A stretch of 64,000 nt of DNA, taken from NCBI GenBank assembly GCA_038861545.1, contig JAWCCZ010000004.1, positions 189,182 through 253,181 of the forward strand. The letters run 5' to 3'. Below, one piece after another: positions 49,425-60,094 of this stretch (its first letter is position 1; each line of letters opens with the position of its first letter). The DNA is from Thermofilaceae archaeon (GTDB lineage: Archaea; Thermoproteota; Thermoprotei; Thermofilales; Thermofilaceae). Under the pieces are notes generated by a model. It was not told the origin of the DNA. It did no database searches and saw nothing but the letters and a program-made list of their open reading frames with translations. A program made the position numbers and the translations under genes.

Positions 49425-50456
49425 TTGATGACGTACAAATTAGGGATCAACGGTTTTGGAAGAATTGGAAGGCTATTCTTCAGGGCTGCACTGAAGAACC
49501 CGAAGTTTTTCGAGAAATACGAGATAGTGGCGATTAATGATATTGGTAAGCCGGACATGTTAGCCTACTTATTAAAGTATGATTCGACTTTTGGCAAGCT
49601 GTCAAGTAAGGTTGAGGCTAAAGGTAATAAGCTAGTAGTCGACGGCAAAGAAATACCGGTACTTAGTGAGCCAAGCCCAGATAAACTACCATGGAAGGAC
49701 CTTGGAGTCGATGTTGCGCTGGAATCCACCGGTAGGTTCACTGAGAGGGATAAAGCTGCCCTACACATTAAGGCCGGTGCGAAAAAAGTCATCGTATCCG
49801 CTCCCTCTAAGGGTGCTGATGTTACAATTGTGATGGGAGTTAACCATGATATGTACGATCCGAAGGCCCACGAGGTGATTTCCAACGCTTCGTGCACAAC
49901 AAATTGTTTAGCTCCCATAACTTTTGTTCTTAACAGGAAGTTCGGCGTGGAATGGGGGTTAATGACTACTGTTCATGCGTATACCAATGATCAGAGGGTA
50001 CTTGACTTGATTCATCCAGAGGAGTTCAGGCGAGCGAGGGCTGCTGCGATGAACATAATCCCCACTACAACTGGTGCGGCGAGAGCTATCCACCTGGTGA
50101 TCCCTGAACTTAAGGGTAAACTCGACGGTATGGCTATGAGGGTGCCTGTACCCAATGTATCAGTAGTAGACCTCACTGCTAAGCTTGGCAGAGAAATCAC
50201 TAAACAGGAAATGGATGCGGCGTTTAAGGAGGCTGCCGAAACTTATCTTAAAGGTATTCTAGAATACACTGAGGATCCCATAGTATCTACCGACGTCCTA
50301 GGCAACTCCCATTCCGCGGTTTACGACTCCGCGGCAAGCATGGTGCTCGGCACTAAAAGCGATAAAGTGAAAGTGGTGGCATGGTACGATAACGAATGGG
50401 GATTCAGTTGTAGGTTAGTGGACTTACTACTCTACATAGCCCAGAAAGGTCTCTAG
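49425..50456 (+). CDS. gap: class I (bacterial/eukaryotic-type) glyceraldehyde-3-phosphate dehydrogenase
   Basis: GINGFGRIGR, ASCTTNCLAP, TVHAYTNDQ, IPTTTGAA, WYDNEWG. Confidence 0.97.
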   Translation: MMTYKLGINGFGRIGRLFFRAALKNPKFFEKYEIVAINDIGKPDMLAYLLKYDSTFGKLSSKVEAKGNKLVVDGKEIPVLSEPSPDKLPWKDLGVDVALESTGRFTERDKAALHIKAGAKKVIVSAPSKGADVTIVMGVNHDMYDPKAHEVISNASCTTNCLAPITFVLNRKFGVEWGLMTTVHAYTNDQRVLDLIHPEEFRRARAAAMNIIPTTTGAARAIHLVIPELKGKLDGMAMRVPVPNVSVVDLTAKLGREITKQEMDAAFKEAAETYLKGILEYTEDPIVSTDVLGNSHSAVYDSAASMVLGTKSDKVKVVAWYDNEWGFSCRLVDLLLYIAQKGL

Positions 50457-50716
50457 GGCTTTCTCCGACTATAGAGAATTTCCCCAGTAACCTCGTTTTT
50501 TACTTCTAAAACTCTATGAAATGGAATGTAAGTTATTTTCCCGTTGTAGTTAACCTCGAACCCCCTAAGGTACACTTTAACTAAATCGCTACCGCGAACC
50601 TCATCCCGATCTCTCTCAGAACCCCTTGACGTATAACTTATCCTGTAATCACCGGCTCGAAGGTTAGGATTCATCAGTATTTTTATCAGTAAATTCCTTA
50701 ATGGATTGCCCCTCAC
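50453..50716 (-). CDS. DUF504/MJ1316-like RNA-repair-associated small protein
   Basis: I.Y.SRG, YIPFHRVLEV. Confidence 0.82.
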   Translation of the reverse strand: MRGNPLRNLLIKILMNPNLRAGDYRISYTSRGSERDRDEVRGSDLVKVYLRGFEVNYNGKITYIPFHRVLEVKNEVTGEILYSRRKP

Positions 50717-51905
50717 TTATAACCAACCTTTTCCTGAACGCTGTTTCCAGAAGCCTCTTATAACCTATGCGCTCAAATAATAATCTTCTCGCCCTGTTTC
50801 TGTTCCTTACTGATATGAGAAGCTGCCGACCCTCATCTATTACTTCAAACGCCTCGATTTTCAGGTAGTTTTTTACAGCCCGTTTAACGTCACCGGTATC
50901 AACCTCTACTCTTATTTTTTCACAGCCCACTGGACAGCGAGTACAAAAGCGTCCATCTATAAAATCTAGACCCATGCAGGGGATTCTAACACCTAAGCTT
51001 AGGTGTAAGTTTAAAGTGTTGGCGCAGCAAGCACTTAGCAGCGGCACTAAACCGACTTTTCGAGCCTCTTTAACCGCGTAATTCTTTAAGTCTTCAGATC
51101 GAACGCTCAACTGTATTCCGGCTTTTAGCTCGCGTTTAACCCTGTTGAGGACTGGAGCGATATCCACACCTGCAGATTTAAGCCTAGCTAAGATAGACGG
51201 AGTAACTCTTAAACTCCCAAGCACTACAGCGGTAGCTCCATATTTCTTGGCTTTTTTCAATAGCTCGGGAACCTCCTGCTCGAAGCCGGGTAGTAAAGGC
51301 CTTAGGAAAAGCATCGGTTGAAGCCCAGCTTTACGCATGAACTTTATCCCCTCCAACCTTTTTAGAGGAGCTGGTGCTCCAGGTTCAAGTACGTGGTGAT
51401 AGCTGAGCGTGATGGCGCTCACCAGGGGGGTGAGAGATCCACGGGAAATGCTAGCTAACCTACGAGCGATTTCTTCACTGACAGCGGTTTTCGTTGAAAG
51501 CTGGAGCGGGTTACGCAGCAATCTAGAAAATGTTTCTATATACTCAAAGGTTCTGTAAAGACCGTTTGGGTAAAGCGGCTCCCCTATACTGCCGAACGCT
51601 AAGTATGTACCCTTTAAACCTGGTAAGTAAAACTCATTATTAAGAAGAGCATATGTTATTTCCTCTCCGCTTAATGCATAAGGCTGGGCTTTAGTGATGT
51701 CGAACCCCATATCCGGGCTGTAGCAGTATACGCACCGGAAAGTGCATCCCACTACGCTGTGAACCGTCAGACCGCAGTGAACTGGAGGTTTAACCGCATG
51801 GTGGTCGTTTAAAGCTACTTCTTTCCTTTCGTAGCTAAGCTTCTCCCCGAGCTCCTCTTTCAGTTTAAGCTTCTCGTACTCTAATTCGCTGAGCGAGAGC
51901 TTCAT
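50664..51905 (-). CDS. radical SAM protein (SplB-like)
   Basis: GCTFRCVYC, STK, LEPGAP, FLRPLLPG. Confidence 0.88.
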   Translation of the reverse strand: MKLSLSELEYEKLKLKEELGEKLSYERKEVALNDHHAVKPPVHCGLTVHSVVGCTFRCVYCYSPDMGFDITKAQPYALSGEEITYALLNNEFYLPGLKGTYLAFGSIGEPLYPNGLYRTFEYIETFSRLLRNPLQLSTKTAVSEEIARRLASISRGSLTPLVSAITLSYHHVLEPGAPAPLKRLEGIKFMRKAGLQPMLFLRPLLPGFEQEVPELLKKAKKYGATAVVLGSLRVTPSILARLKSAGVDIAPVLNRVKRELKAGIQLSVRSEDLKNYAVKEARKVGLVPLLSACCANTLNLHLSLGVRIPCMGLDFIDGRFCTRCPVGCEKIRVEVDTGDVKRAVKNYLKIEAFEVIDEGRQLLISVRNRNRARRLLFERIGYKRLLETAFRKRLVISEGQSIKEFTDKNTDES

Positions 51906-51918
51906 CCGCTACCAGCTT

Positions 51919-53739
51919 CTAAGAGTACCCGGGCCTTTTACTAACCTGTAGCGGGATGGGAAGAGGAATTCTCGGGTACGGCCCGCTTTTCCTTTCAAGT
52001 TCGCTTAGAAAACCCTCTAGGCTTTTCTCCTCCGTTTCGCCGTCTCTCTTCCTTACACTCAACACGTTTTTCTCAGCCTCTTTAGCACCGATCACAACTA
52101 TAAACGGTATCCATTTAACTTCAGCTTCTCTAATGCGTTTTGCCAAGCTCTCCTCCCTATCATCAACATCAGTCCTAAAGCCGCGCGCGTTTAGGTGCTC
52201 GGCTATCTCGACTGCCTTCTTAGTGTATTCGGCGGAAACGGGCACTACCCTAACCTGCACCGGTGAAAGCCAGAGGGGGAGAGACGGCTTACCACCCCTT
52301 GCTTCCTCTTCAGCAGCTGTATCAAAGAGCATGTAAAGGTATCTTTCAAGGGAACCTATTATCGCCGTGTGGATGATCACTGGGTGCTTCTTAGCTCCAC
52401 CTTCATCAGTGTACGTTATCCCGAAGCGCTGAGCGTTTCCCACGTCTATCTGGAAAGTCCCGATCTCCCTAGGCCTGCCGAGCTGGTCGATGATGTTGTA
52501 CTCGATGTTGATCACCCAGTAGTACCTGCCTTCAGGTACGAAGTGGAGGAGGACTGGTTTACCCTCCATGGAGACGAGCTTCTTCAAATACTCGAGGTTT
52601 TCCTCGAGGAAACTTCTGGTTAAGTTGTAAATGGAAACGTAATCTCTGCCAACTTTCCTAACTTCTTCGTATATTTTCTCATGCACTTTCAAGGAGACCT
52701 CCTTAGCTTCATTCAAGTCGCGTGTCAGTATGTGCAAGTCCGGCATTAGGAAGCGGCGCAGCCTGAAACAGAGAGTCAGCTCGCCGGGTTGCTCTAGCCT
52801 GTAGCTATCCGCTACCTCGAAAACCCCGAACGGAAGATGTTTGTAACTAATATTCCAATCCTTGATCATGGCGAACTGCTGGTGGCAAGCAGCATACCTC
52901 AAGACTAGACGTTTCTGGCCAACCTCCAGCGTGTAAAGCCTATCACCGAAGAGGTCGGCGTGCTGCTTGACAGCCGGTAAGCCTAAGTCGAACATGTTAG
53001 TACCCTTTACCCTGAAAACCGGGAAACCTAAGGAGACGGCGCACATCCAAGCATACTCGGCTAGTAAGTCTATGATTATGCTAGCCTCGGGACCGTATCT
53101 CATATGTCCTTGATCGGAGGACTGCTCCCATTCAATTCCGAACTTCTTACAGTAGTCAAGGTACTTCGGCTCACCGCCAGCGCTTGTTTCGTTAAAGACT
53201 TCTTTTCTCACCAGTTGCTGGAACTCCTGGGGAGCTGAGCTTAATTCGAAGCGGCTAATAGGGATAACCTTGCCGTCCGGAGTCATTACGGCGAACTCCT
53301 CTTCAACGGTCTCTGCGGGCCTGATCGTTCTAGAAAGTTCGGCTAGTGGATGCCCAATACATGAAATGGTGAAACGTTTATACCATCCGAACGGCGCCCT
53401 AACCACGTGAAAGCCCCTATTCGCTAGCTCGGTTTCAAGCGACTTTAACGTGCGTATAGCTACACGGGATGGGGCAAGCTCAGGAGATAAATGGGCATAA
53501 GGATATATTACCAGGTGCTGGACACCGAGGCGTTTAGCTAAGCCTTCTATTTCCTCTGCGGCTTTACCCACAACCCACGCTAGGTTGCTTTCATCAAAGC
53601 TCTCCACAGTTGTAAAGCAAACTAGAGCGTTATCCACCGCTCCGTGCATGCTGCATTCATCTACTTCTTCAGCTTCTTCAACCGCTTTCTGCCTAGCCTG
53701 AAATTCAAATTTCGCTGCATGGATTAGGAGTAGCTTCAA
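51919..53739 (-). CDS. thrS: archaeal-type threonine--tRNA ligase
   Basis: IYPYAHLS, APFGWYK, GHPLAELSR, LRYAAC, GSLER. Confidence 0.97.
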   Translation of the reverse strand: MKLLLIHAAKFEFQARQKAVEEAEEVDECSMHGAVDNALVCFTTVESFDESNLAWVVGKAAEEIEGLAKRLGVQHLVIYPYAHLSPELAPSRVAIRTLKSLETELANRGFHVVRAPFGWYKRFTISCIGHPLAELSRTIRPAETVEEEFAVMTPDGKVIPISRFELSSAPQEFQQLVRKEVFNETSAGGEPKYLDYCKKFGIEWEQSSDQGHMRYGPEASIIIDLLAEYAWMCAVSLGFPVFRVKGTNMFDLGLPAVKQHADLFGDRLYTLEVGQKRLVLRYAACHQQFAMIKDWNISYKHLPFGVFEVADSYRLEQPGELTLCFRLRRFLMPDLHILTRDLNEAKEVSLKVHEKIYEEVRKVGRDYVSIYNLTRSFLEENLEYLKKLVSMEGKPVLLHFVPEGRYYWVINIEYNIIDQLGRPREIGTFQIDVGNAQRFGITYTDEGGAKKHPVIIHTAIIGSLERYLYMLFDTAAEEEARGGKPSLPLWLSPVQVRVVPVSAEYTKKAVEIAEHLNARGFRTDVDDREESLAKRIREAEVKWIPFIVVIGAKEAEKNVLSVRKRDGETEEKSLEGFLSELERKSGPYPRIPLPIPLQVSKRPGYS

Positions 53740-53742
53740 ACC

Positions 53743-54069
53743 CTACACCTCCCCTTCAATATCCACCCCCAACTTCTTAAACCTCTTTCCAAGGTTGGTG
53801 TAATCGCTTTTTACCCTGGCTGCTTCCTCGTCAATCGAAGGTTTCCTTTCTTTTTTGGTAACCATCAAGCTGCAAGTTCCGTCGGGGTACAGAGCGTGCC
53901 GCATGCAATCAGCGAACTGGCATCTCCACCCTATACACCTATCGCCGCTCCAATCGCAAAGCGACTCGAGCCTATCCCTTCTCCTCCTAATGACTAAAGC
54001 ATTCTTCGTGCACTTGAATGCCCTAAACGGGCACAGGGGGGTGCATTCCGATGATAACATCACGTTCAC
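53743..54069 (-). CDS. small Cys-rich hypothetical protein
   Basis: CxPxCP...C.W.GD.C.G..CQFA.C pattern. Confidence 0.7.
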   Translation of the reverse strand: MNVMLSSECTPLCPFRAFKCTKNALVIRRRRDRLESLCDWSGDRCIGWRCQFADCMRHALYPDGTCSLMVTKKERKPSIDEEAARVKSDYTNLGKRFKKLGVDIEGEV

Positions 54070-54117
54070 CAGCCCCTTTTACACAACCCTTTATCAGGGT
54101 AGGAAATAAAGCAAGCG

Positions 54118-55047
54118 TTAGATTCCGCCGCGCACCCTCTCAGCTAAAAATTGGTAACCCGAGGCTCTTAGAAAATTGATTGCATCATCCAGCGTAGGGC
54201 TTGACTGAGCCCCTATTCTCGCTATCTTCAGTGCAGCGCAAGCGTTGGCAAAAACCAGAGCCTCTTGCAGCTCAAGTCCCTTATTGAGGGCGAAGCAAAA
54301 AGCCGCGTTGAACGCATCACCCGCACCAGTGGAGTCCACTACATGGGTGGGGAAGGCGGGAGCTTTCACAGTTGTACTCCCTTTAAGCGCTTTCGACCCC
54401 TTTCCTCCCATCTTTATAACGATTAAAGGCACTGTTTCCGAAACTTTAGCTAGATTTAAGCCCCCTCCAAGTTTCTCGAGGATGAATGCTTCCTCCTCAT
54501 TCACCAGTAATATGTCGACTATGTTTAACGCAGTTTTGAGAGCTTCGAAACCTAGCTTCACTACGGACCCTCCGGGGTCGTAGGAAGTTATAGCGCCGGC
54601 GACCTTTGCAGATTTAAATACTGTTTCTGCTACTTCAGGTCCAACTGAGCACGCGTGAACCCACTCAACATTTAATTTCTCGAAGTTTTTGACGACATCT
54701 AAGAGATGGGAATTAGCACCCCGGTAGGAGATCATCGTTCGTTCACCCTTTTCATCGACTATTACCACTACAAAACCTGTAGCTGAGTCAACCTGGGCTA
54801 CTAAAGACACATCAACTCCGTTAGACGCTAACTCATGAATAAGCCAGTGACCTTCACGATCGCGCCCGACACAGCCTAAAACTCCTGAACTTTCTCCGAG
54901 CCTCGCAAGGGCTACTGCAAAATTAGCCGCCGCACCCCCCGGGTTCTTGGCGAAAAACTTTGCCTCCACACGTCCGCCTACGCTTGGGACAGTGTTCACA
55001 TACATTGACAGGTCAACGTTTAGATTGCCCACTGAAAGCACGTGCAC
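54118..55047 (-). CDS. PfkB/ribokinase family carbohydrate kinase
   Basis: GGAAANFA, NEEE, DSTGAGDAF. Confidence 0.93.
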   Translation of the reverse strand: MHVLSVGNLNVDLSMYVNTVPSVGGRVEAKFFAKNPGGAAANFAVALARLGESSGVLGCVGRDREGHWLIHELASNGVDVSLVAQVDSATGFVVVIVDEKGERTMISYRGANSHLLDVVKNFEKLNVEWVHACSVGPEVAETVFKSAKVAGAITSYDPGGSVVKLGFEALKTALNIVDILLVNEEEAFILEKLGGGLNLAKVSETVPLIVIKMGGKGSKALKGSTTVKAPAFPTHVVDSTGAGDAFNAAFCFALNKGLELQEALVFANACAALKIARIGAQSSPTLDDAINFLRASGYQFLAERVRGGI

Positions 55048-55293
55048 ACTGTAGCTATGCTTTAATGGTTAATAACAGTTAACTAGCGGAAAAGTGAGGC
55101 TCATCTTGTATAAAGGTGAAGTGGTTACACCACATGAATACCGTAGACTAGCCGCCGCGCTGTTCGACTGTTTTTCCATTAAATCCATGCTGAATATTCC
55201 AGAAAGTATAATTGAATAAGACCTCAAAGCGGGGAAAAGCTGGTTACGCAGGGTTTAGCTAGCCTTTAATACTCCAATGATAATTATAAGACG

Positions 55294-55878
55294 GTGGGTC
55301 CTTTGGAAGATGACCGCGTTAGGAGGCTTGCGGAGGTAAAATCCTACTTGCAGAGGAAAGTTGAGGAATTAGAGGAGGAGCTAGAACTTCTAAAGCTCTT
55401 AGTAAACTTGGTTGACTCAGCTTTGTCGAGCGAGAGCTTTACTAAAGCATCGGAGCTGCCTCGCATGGAGACTGAAAAAACCGTCACGCCCTCAGCCCCT
55501 AGCATAGAAAACCGATTGGGGAGAATGTTAACCGAGCAGTTGGTTACCTCTAGAGAGGGAAAGAAGCTAGCGAGTCTCTTAGTTTACGAGCATGGCATAG
55601 TGGTGAAACCCTTAATGGAAGTTCCCGTTGACTCGCCTCCTATTCGAAGCTTCTTTATAGGTAAAATCCTCGATGGGTATAAAAGAAAAGATGAAGAACT
55701 AGTTAATGCTGGAGGTTTATCTGAAGATGAAGCCTTAAATTACGAGATAATAGATGAAGAGGGCCTTATTAAAGAAATCAGGGTATTAAACTACAGGGAA
55801 AGAAGAAGGCTCGATGAGCTGAGAAGTTCGTTGCGGTGGGCTCTTAACAGGGTGCTTGAAAGGACTGAAGGCCGTTGA
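55294..55878 (+). CDS. hypothetical protein with N-terminal coiled coil
   Basis: 194-aa ORF downstream of TATA-like TTTAATA. Confidence 0.75.
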   Translation: MGPLEDDRVRRLAEVKSYLQRKVEELEEELELLKLLVNLVDSALSSESFTKASELPRMETEKTVTPSAPSIENRLGRMLTEQLVTSREGKKLASLLVYEHGIVVKPLMEVPVDSPPIRSFFIGKILDGYKRKDEELVNAGGLSEDEALNYEIIDEEGLIKEIRVLNYRERRRLDELRSSLRWALNRVLERTEGR

Positions 55879-55879
55879 G

Positions 55880-57697
55880 CTAGGCGACTTCTGCCGGAGC
55901 CTTCGGAATTGAGACTTTCCTCTGCAACCTGTACATTTCAATAAGCTCTTCCTCGGTAGTAGCATCTTCTGGCTTCTTATCAACCCTGTACCTACCCGTA
56001 AAACGTGGGAAACGTATAGCTAAACCAGCTTCGGGTCTTACCCTACCAAGCGCGCAGGTATGCATTGGGCTCAGCGTGATTTCAGCCCCGATTACTTCAA
56101 GGACAAAGGTGGGTACGACCCACACGTCAGCCTCCATTTTCGATACAACCCTCGGGTGTTTGTGGTCAATCCTATAGGGCTCCAGAAGCTTGGGAAGCTG
56201 AGCAAGGTCTTCATCGGAGAAACCGCTCCCAACCTTGCATACAGTTTTGAATACATCTTCCTCAGGACTATACGCGGCCATTAATAGAGCCCCGTAAGTC
56301 CCTGCTCGCTTACCCCTTCCATGGAAAGCGCCGACTACAACTAGGTCTACCGTATCAGTCATTTCGTACCTATAATCTCTTTTGAACTTGACCCACAGCC
56401 ATCCCCTAGCTCCCATCTGATATATTGAATCGGGCGATTGCGATTTACACATTACGCCTTCACACCCTTCAGAGACCGCTTCTTCGAAGAACTTGAGCAA
56501 CTCCTCTGCGCTTGAAGCAGTCGTAAACTTGGCTAGCTTGAAACGATCGCTCTCTCTGATAACCTCTATAAGTCTTTTTTTCCTTTCCGGTAAAGGTAAA
56601 TCTAGAAGGTTCTCACCCTCCGTGTAAAGGATATCGAAGAGAAAAACCGACACTGGGTAGTTTTCCATTGCCTCTTCCACTTCGTATTTTCTCCTCCTAT
56701 GCATCAGCTCCTGAAACGGCAGCATCTCCCCAGTATCTGGATTAATGGCTACGACCTCGCCCTCCAATACAGCTTCGTCTACTTTAACGTTCTCCTTCAC
56801 CATCTCCACAACGTCGGGGTAGTGGTTCGTTATGTTTTCAAGCCTTCTGCTAAAAAGGTAAACCTTGTCCATTTTCTTATGGGCCTGAACTCTTTCGCCG
56901 TCGTACTTATACTCAACCAGGCAGCTACCTCCAAGCTTCCTTAGGATTTCCTCCGGATCGTTTAACCGCTCTGCCAGCATCGGCTTGACCGGGATTCCCA
57001 CTGTTACCTTAACTTCCTTAACCCCCTCAGGCCCTTTCTCGGCCAGGACTTTAGCAATGTAACCGAGATCTGGGTGAACATTGTAAGCTCTTTCGATAAC
57101 TGGTTTCATCGCCTTGGAGCCTGCAAATGCCACAGATAATGCGTCGATAATGGTCATATCCGCTACCCCTAGGCGCAGCTTTCCAGTAACCGTCCTCAGA
57201 AGATATTTAGCCTCCTTCGGCCCAGAGTCTTTAAGAAGTGATACGAGGATCATGATCTTCGTGTCCTGTGCCCCTGGGCCGGCAGCCTTAGCGACCTTCA
57301 CAAGCGAATCGTAAACCCTGCTGATGGTTAAGGGCTTTGAAGAAGTAGCTACATCGCCAAAGAAATCGAAAAGGGATGATGATTTTCTCTTACTCATTAG
57401 ATCCTCGACTACTAAGCCGATATCGCCTAGCCTTTTGTAAGCTTCGTCTACTTCCTTCTGACTGATCCCGAGCGCCTGTGCAACAGCCTTTAATGCGAGT
57501 TTTTCAGCTACTCCGAGCTCCGGCGCTTCGTAATCGGGTCCCAGCACCCCCCGCGTCAAGTATACAAGCTTATCGATTACCTCCGGTGGAGTTCTCTTAA
57601 GCAGTGCAACTAAAAGGTCGGTCATCGCAAGCCTACTGCTCGTTGACTCAATCTTTTCGTAGAAATCAGTTAAAAGGGAATACTCGATATCTGCCAT
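55880..57697 (-). CDS. lig: ATP-dependent DNA ligase
   Basis: EYKYDGER, EGVMCK, WVKFKRDY, IRFPRF. Confidence 0.98.
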   Translation of the reverse strand: MADIEYSLLTDFYEKIESTSSRLAMTDLLVALLKRTPPEVIDKLVYLTRGVLGPDYEAPELGVAEKLALKAVAQALGISQKEVDEAYKRLGDIGLVVEDLMSKRKSSSLFDFFGDVATSSKPLTISRVYDSLVKVAKAAGPGAQDTKIMILVSLLKDSGPKEAKYLLRTVTGKLRLGVADMTIIDALSVAFAGSKAMKPVIERAYNVHPDLGYIAKVLAEKGPEGVKEVKVTVGIPVKPMLAERLNDPEEILRKLGGSCLVEYKYDGERVQAHKKMDKVYLFSRRLENITNHYPDVVEMVKENVKVDEAVLEGEVVAINPDTGEMLPFQELMHRRRKYEVEEAMENYPVSVFLFDILYTEGENLLDLPLPERKKRLIEVIRESDRFKLAKFTTASSAEELLKFFEEAVSEGCEGVMCKSQSPDSIYQMGARGWLWVKFKRDYRYEMTDTVDLVVVGAFHGRGKRAGTYGALLMAAYSPEEDVFKTVCKVGSGFSDEDLAQLPKLLEPYRIDHKHPRVVSKMEADVWVVPTFVLEVIGAEITLSPMHTCALGRVRPEAGLAIRFPRFTGRYRVDKKPEDATTEEELIEMYRLQRKVSIPKAPAEVA

Positions 57698-57744
57698 CTA
57701 ACCACTAGGTTATAGAGCATGCCCACTAAATAATCTTAACTCGC

Positions 57745-58221
57745 TTAGGATCTCCTTTTACAGGGCGGCGCCCCGGGATCCTCAACTTTCGTTCGTAGAA
57801 GAACGCATTTGGATCCTGCCTCATCGAAGAACACACAGCTCCTGCAACCCCCTCTTAGCGCTGATGAGGGCGCCCGTTGGGGCTCTACCGGTTTCGGCTG
57901 CACAGGTTTAGGTGGTGCACCTATAAGCTCAGCAAGCTCCCCCTTTGAGGGAAAGTAGCCTTCAAAAACCTTTGTGTCCCCGATTATCAATGCTGGTAAC
58001 TTTTCAACGCTGTACTTCCTGTACTCGTTAACATACTGGGATCCATACAGCTCCTCTAGGTAGTCTAGGAAAGCGGGGAACTCAGCTGGGTTATTTATCT
58101 TAGCGCGGATCACGCGTATCCTTGCCGCTTTCCCTGAGCTGCGCAGAACCTCGTATAGATCCTTTACCAGCTGGGCACATTTATCACTCTGGTATACGAA
58201 GAGCGTGACTGTCTCCTCCAC
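57745..58221 (-). CDS. thioredoxin-like domain plus C-terminal Cys cluster
   Basis: LPALII...EG.FP fold signature; CRSC...C...C tail. Confidence 0.6.
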   Translation of the reverse strand: MEETVTLFVYQSDKCAQLVKDLYEVLRSSGKAARIRVIRAKINNPAEFPAFLDYLEELYGSQYVNEYRKYSVEKLPALIIGDTKVFEGYFPSKGELAELIGAPPKPVQPKPVEPQRAPSSALRGGCRSCVFFDEAGSKCVLLRTKVEDPGAPPCKRRS

Positions 58222-58259
58222 TGAAATCCCGGTGAATAGTTTTTTACCAGTTTAAATTT

Positions 58260-59453
58260 CTACGCACGGTTGATCAACTTCAAAGCCTCTTTAGTTACTT
58301 CGTAATCCCCTTTATACTTGATGAGCTCGCTGGATAACCTTGAAGCTGCTTCCTGAGCCTCATCGCTTAAAGCCCACGCAATCTTCTCGCACAGGGTACC
58401 TGCATCCTCCTCTACTACGTGAGTCTTCGCCACGCCTAAAGCTTCTGCAGAGAGGGAGTTCCCTAAACGCTCTGTGTGAGTCTTCTTCACCATATGAATC
58501 GCCGGTAACCCGAATGCGATTGCCTCCAACACAGTCGTGTGCCCACCATGTGTTACGAGCACGTCAGCAGCTTTGACATATAGTGCCCTTTCAGGTAACC
58601 AATCGCACACGTATACCCCTCCTCCGAGCCTTTCTAAAGCAGGGGAACCTGATGGATCGCCTCTTGAAACGATAATTTTAACGTTACTGGGCATATCGCA
58701 CCCTTTTATCTCCTCTATGAAGCACTCGAAGAGAGCTCGCCCTTCACCACTGACCCCCGTAAAGCTTGCGATGATGAGTCTGCCCTTAATTCCCAGTTTA
58801 CTCCTAACCTCCTCTTTAGATGGTAACTCATCCGGCCAAGTTGGGAGAACCGGCCCGATAAATCGGACGCGTGGAGGTAACTTTTCCCCCTCGGCTAGAA
58901 TATTAGCTTTAGCTATAGTGTATGGAGGAGGATAATCGGGGATCATAACTTCATCGGCGGTGTACCAGCACCTGCCTAACAGCCTGTAGAGAGCCTCCTC
59001 GGCTAACCCTTTAGCCTTAATCTTCCTGTTAGTCGGCTTCTTAACGGGGATTATGACCCTTAACTGACTTAATACTAGGATTACGGGCACCATCCTCGCC
59101 TTAGCTGCTATGAGTGTAGAAAGCCTGCTATCAGAAACTACAACGTCAGGCATCAGGGTTCCGATATAGTAGAGTTCATCACCCACCTGTCGGACAAAAC
59201 GGTATAAATTAGCGGGTCCTTTTGTAATCGTTCTCCTCACATCCACGTCGCCGTGCTCATCTACCTCGTAGCTTACCTCTCTTGTCTTCAGACATGGGTA
59301 GCCATTTACTCTTATCATCTCCACGGCTCGACCATAGGATGAGAAAACAATTTCTGAGCCGTAAGACTTGAGCCTTTTAGCTACTGAAAGCATTCTACCG
59401 GCGTGGCCTAGTCCCATGCCGCATGCTGCCAGGTAGGCCAGCATGAGCCTCAC
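58260..59453 (-). CDS. GT-B glycosyltransferase (GT28-like)
   Basis: GMGLGHAGR, PDVVVSD, THGGHTTVLEA; start moved to GTG 59453 (GTGA overlap). Confidence 0.88.
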   Translation of the reverse strand: MRLMLAYLAACGMGLGHAGRMLSVAKRLKSYGSEIVFSSYGRAVEMIRVNGYPCLKTREVSYEVDEHGDVDVRRTITKGPANLYRFVRQVGDELYYIGTLMPDVVVSDSRLSTLIAAKARMVPVILVLSQLRVIIPVKKPTNRKIKAKGLAEEALYRLLGRCWYTADEVMIPDYPPPYTIAKANILAEGEKLPPRVRFIGPVLPTWPDELPSKEEVRSKLGIKGRLIIASFTGVSGEGRALFECFIEEIKGCDMPSNVKIIVSRGDPSGSPALERLGGGVYVCDWLPERALYVKAADVLVTHGGHTTVLEAIAFGLPAIHMVKKTHTERLGNSLSAEALGVAKTHVVEEDAGTLCEKIAWALSDEAQEAASRLSSELIKYKGDYEVTKEALKLINRA

Positions 59454-60088
59454 TGAAAAACTCGCTCGAGTACCTCGCCCTCCGGGTAAACTTCCGCGAA
59501 CACTCGTGCTGTAAACGTGTATATCTTCAACTTCCCGCTTCTCCAAGCGTCTGGTGGTAAACCCGCTTTAATACATGCATTATCCAAGTACTCTTCTATG
59601 CTCCACTCGTACTCGACCGGCACCTGTGGTAGAAGAAGCCCCCTTAAAATTCCCCGTTCAACGATGATCCCGTCCCTGCCGATTCTCACTTTTTCGAGCA
59701 GCTCCTCTGGTTTCGAGTAGCTGACAAGTGAGGGGGTAGATAAGATGCTAACCTCGAACACCACGCTTCCGAGTTCCTCCAACTTCATCGGCTCGAAACG
59801 GGGATCCTCAGTAGCCGCCGCGATCGCGGCCTCAACTGTAGCCTCCGCCAGTGGCATAACGGGCTCTGGAAAACCTATACATCCGCGAAGCATCCTGCGG
59901 GGAACACCTGTAATATCCCTAGCTATTTTCTCTATTGTAACGAAAACTCCCGCTTTTTCCCTTAACTTTGAGGGTGTGTCCACTGGGGGTTCAACCTTTG
60001 AAAACTCGGTAAGATACTCCCTGACTGCCAACCTCGCTAGCTTAACCAGGAACTCCCCTTCACCTTTAGTTAACTCCTCGATTCGCAC
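59450..60088 (-). CDS. AMMECR1-domain protein
   Basis: GVFVT, LRGCIG, DPRF, GLLLPQV, CIKAGL. Confidence 0.95.
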   Translation of the reverse strand: MRIEELTKGEGEFLVKLARLAVREYLTEFSKVEPPVDTPSKLREKAGVFVTIEKIARDITGVPRRMLRGCIGFPEPVMPLAEATVEAAIAAATEDPRFEPMKLEELGSVVFEVSILSTPSLVSYSKPEELLEKVRIGRDGIIVERGILRGLLLPQVPVEYEWSIEEYLDNACIKAGLPPDAWRSGKLKIYTFTARVFAEVYPEGEVLERVFQ

Positions 60089-60094
60089 AATCCC

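Noticed and set aside
55094-55219. 41-codon GTG ORF in the pfkB intergenic region
   Set aside because: No motif or other support visible from sequence alone
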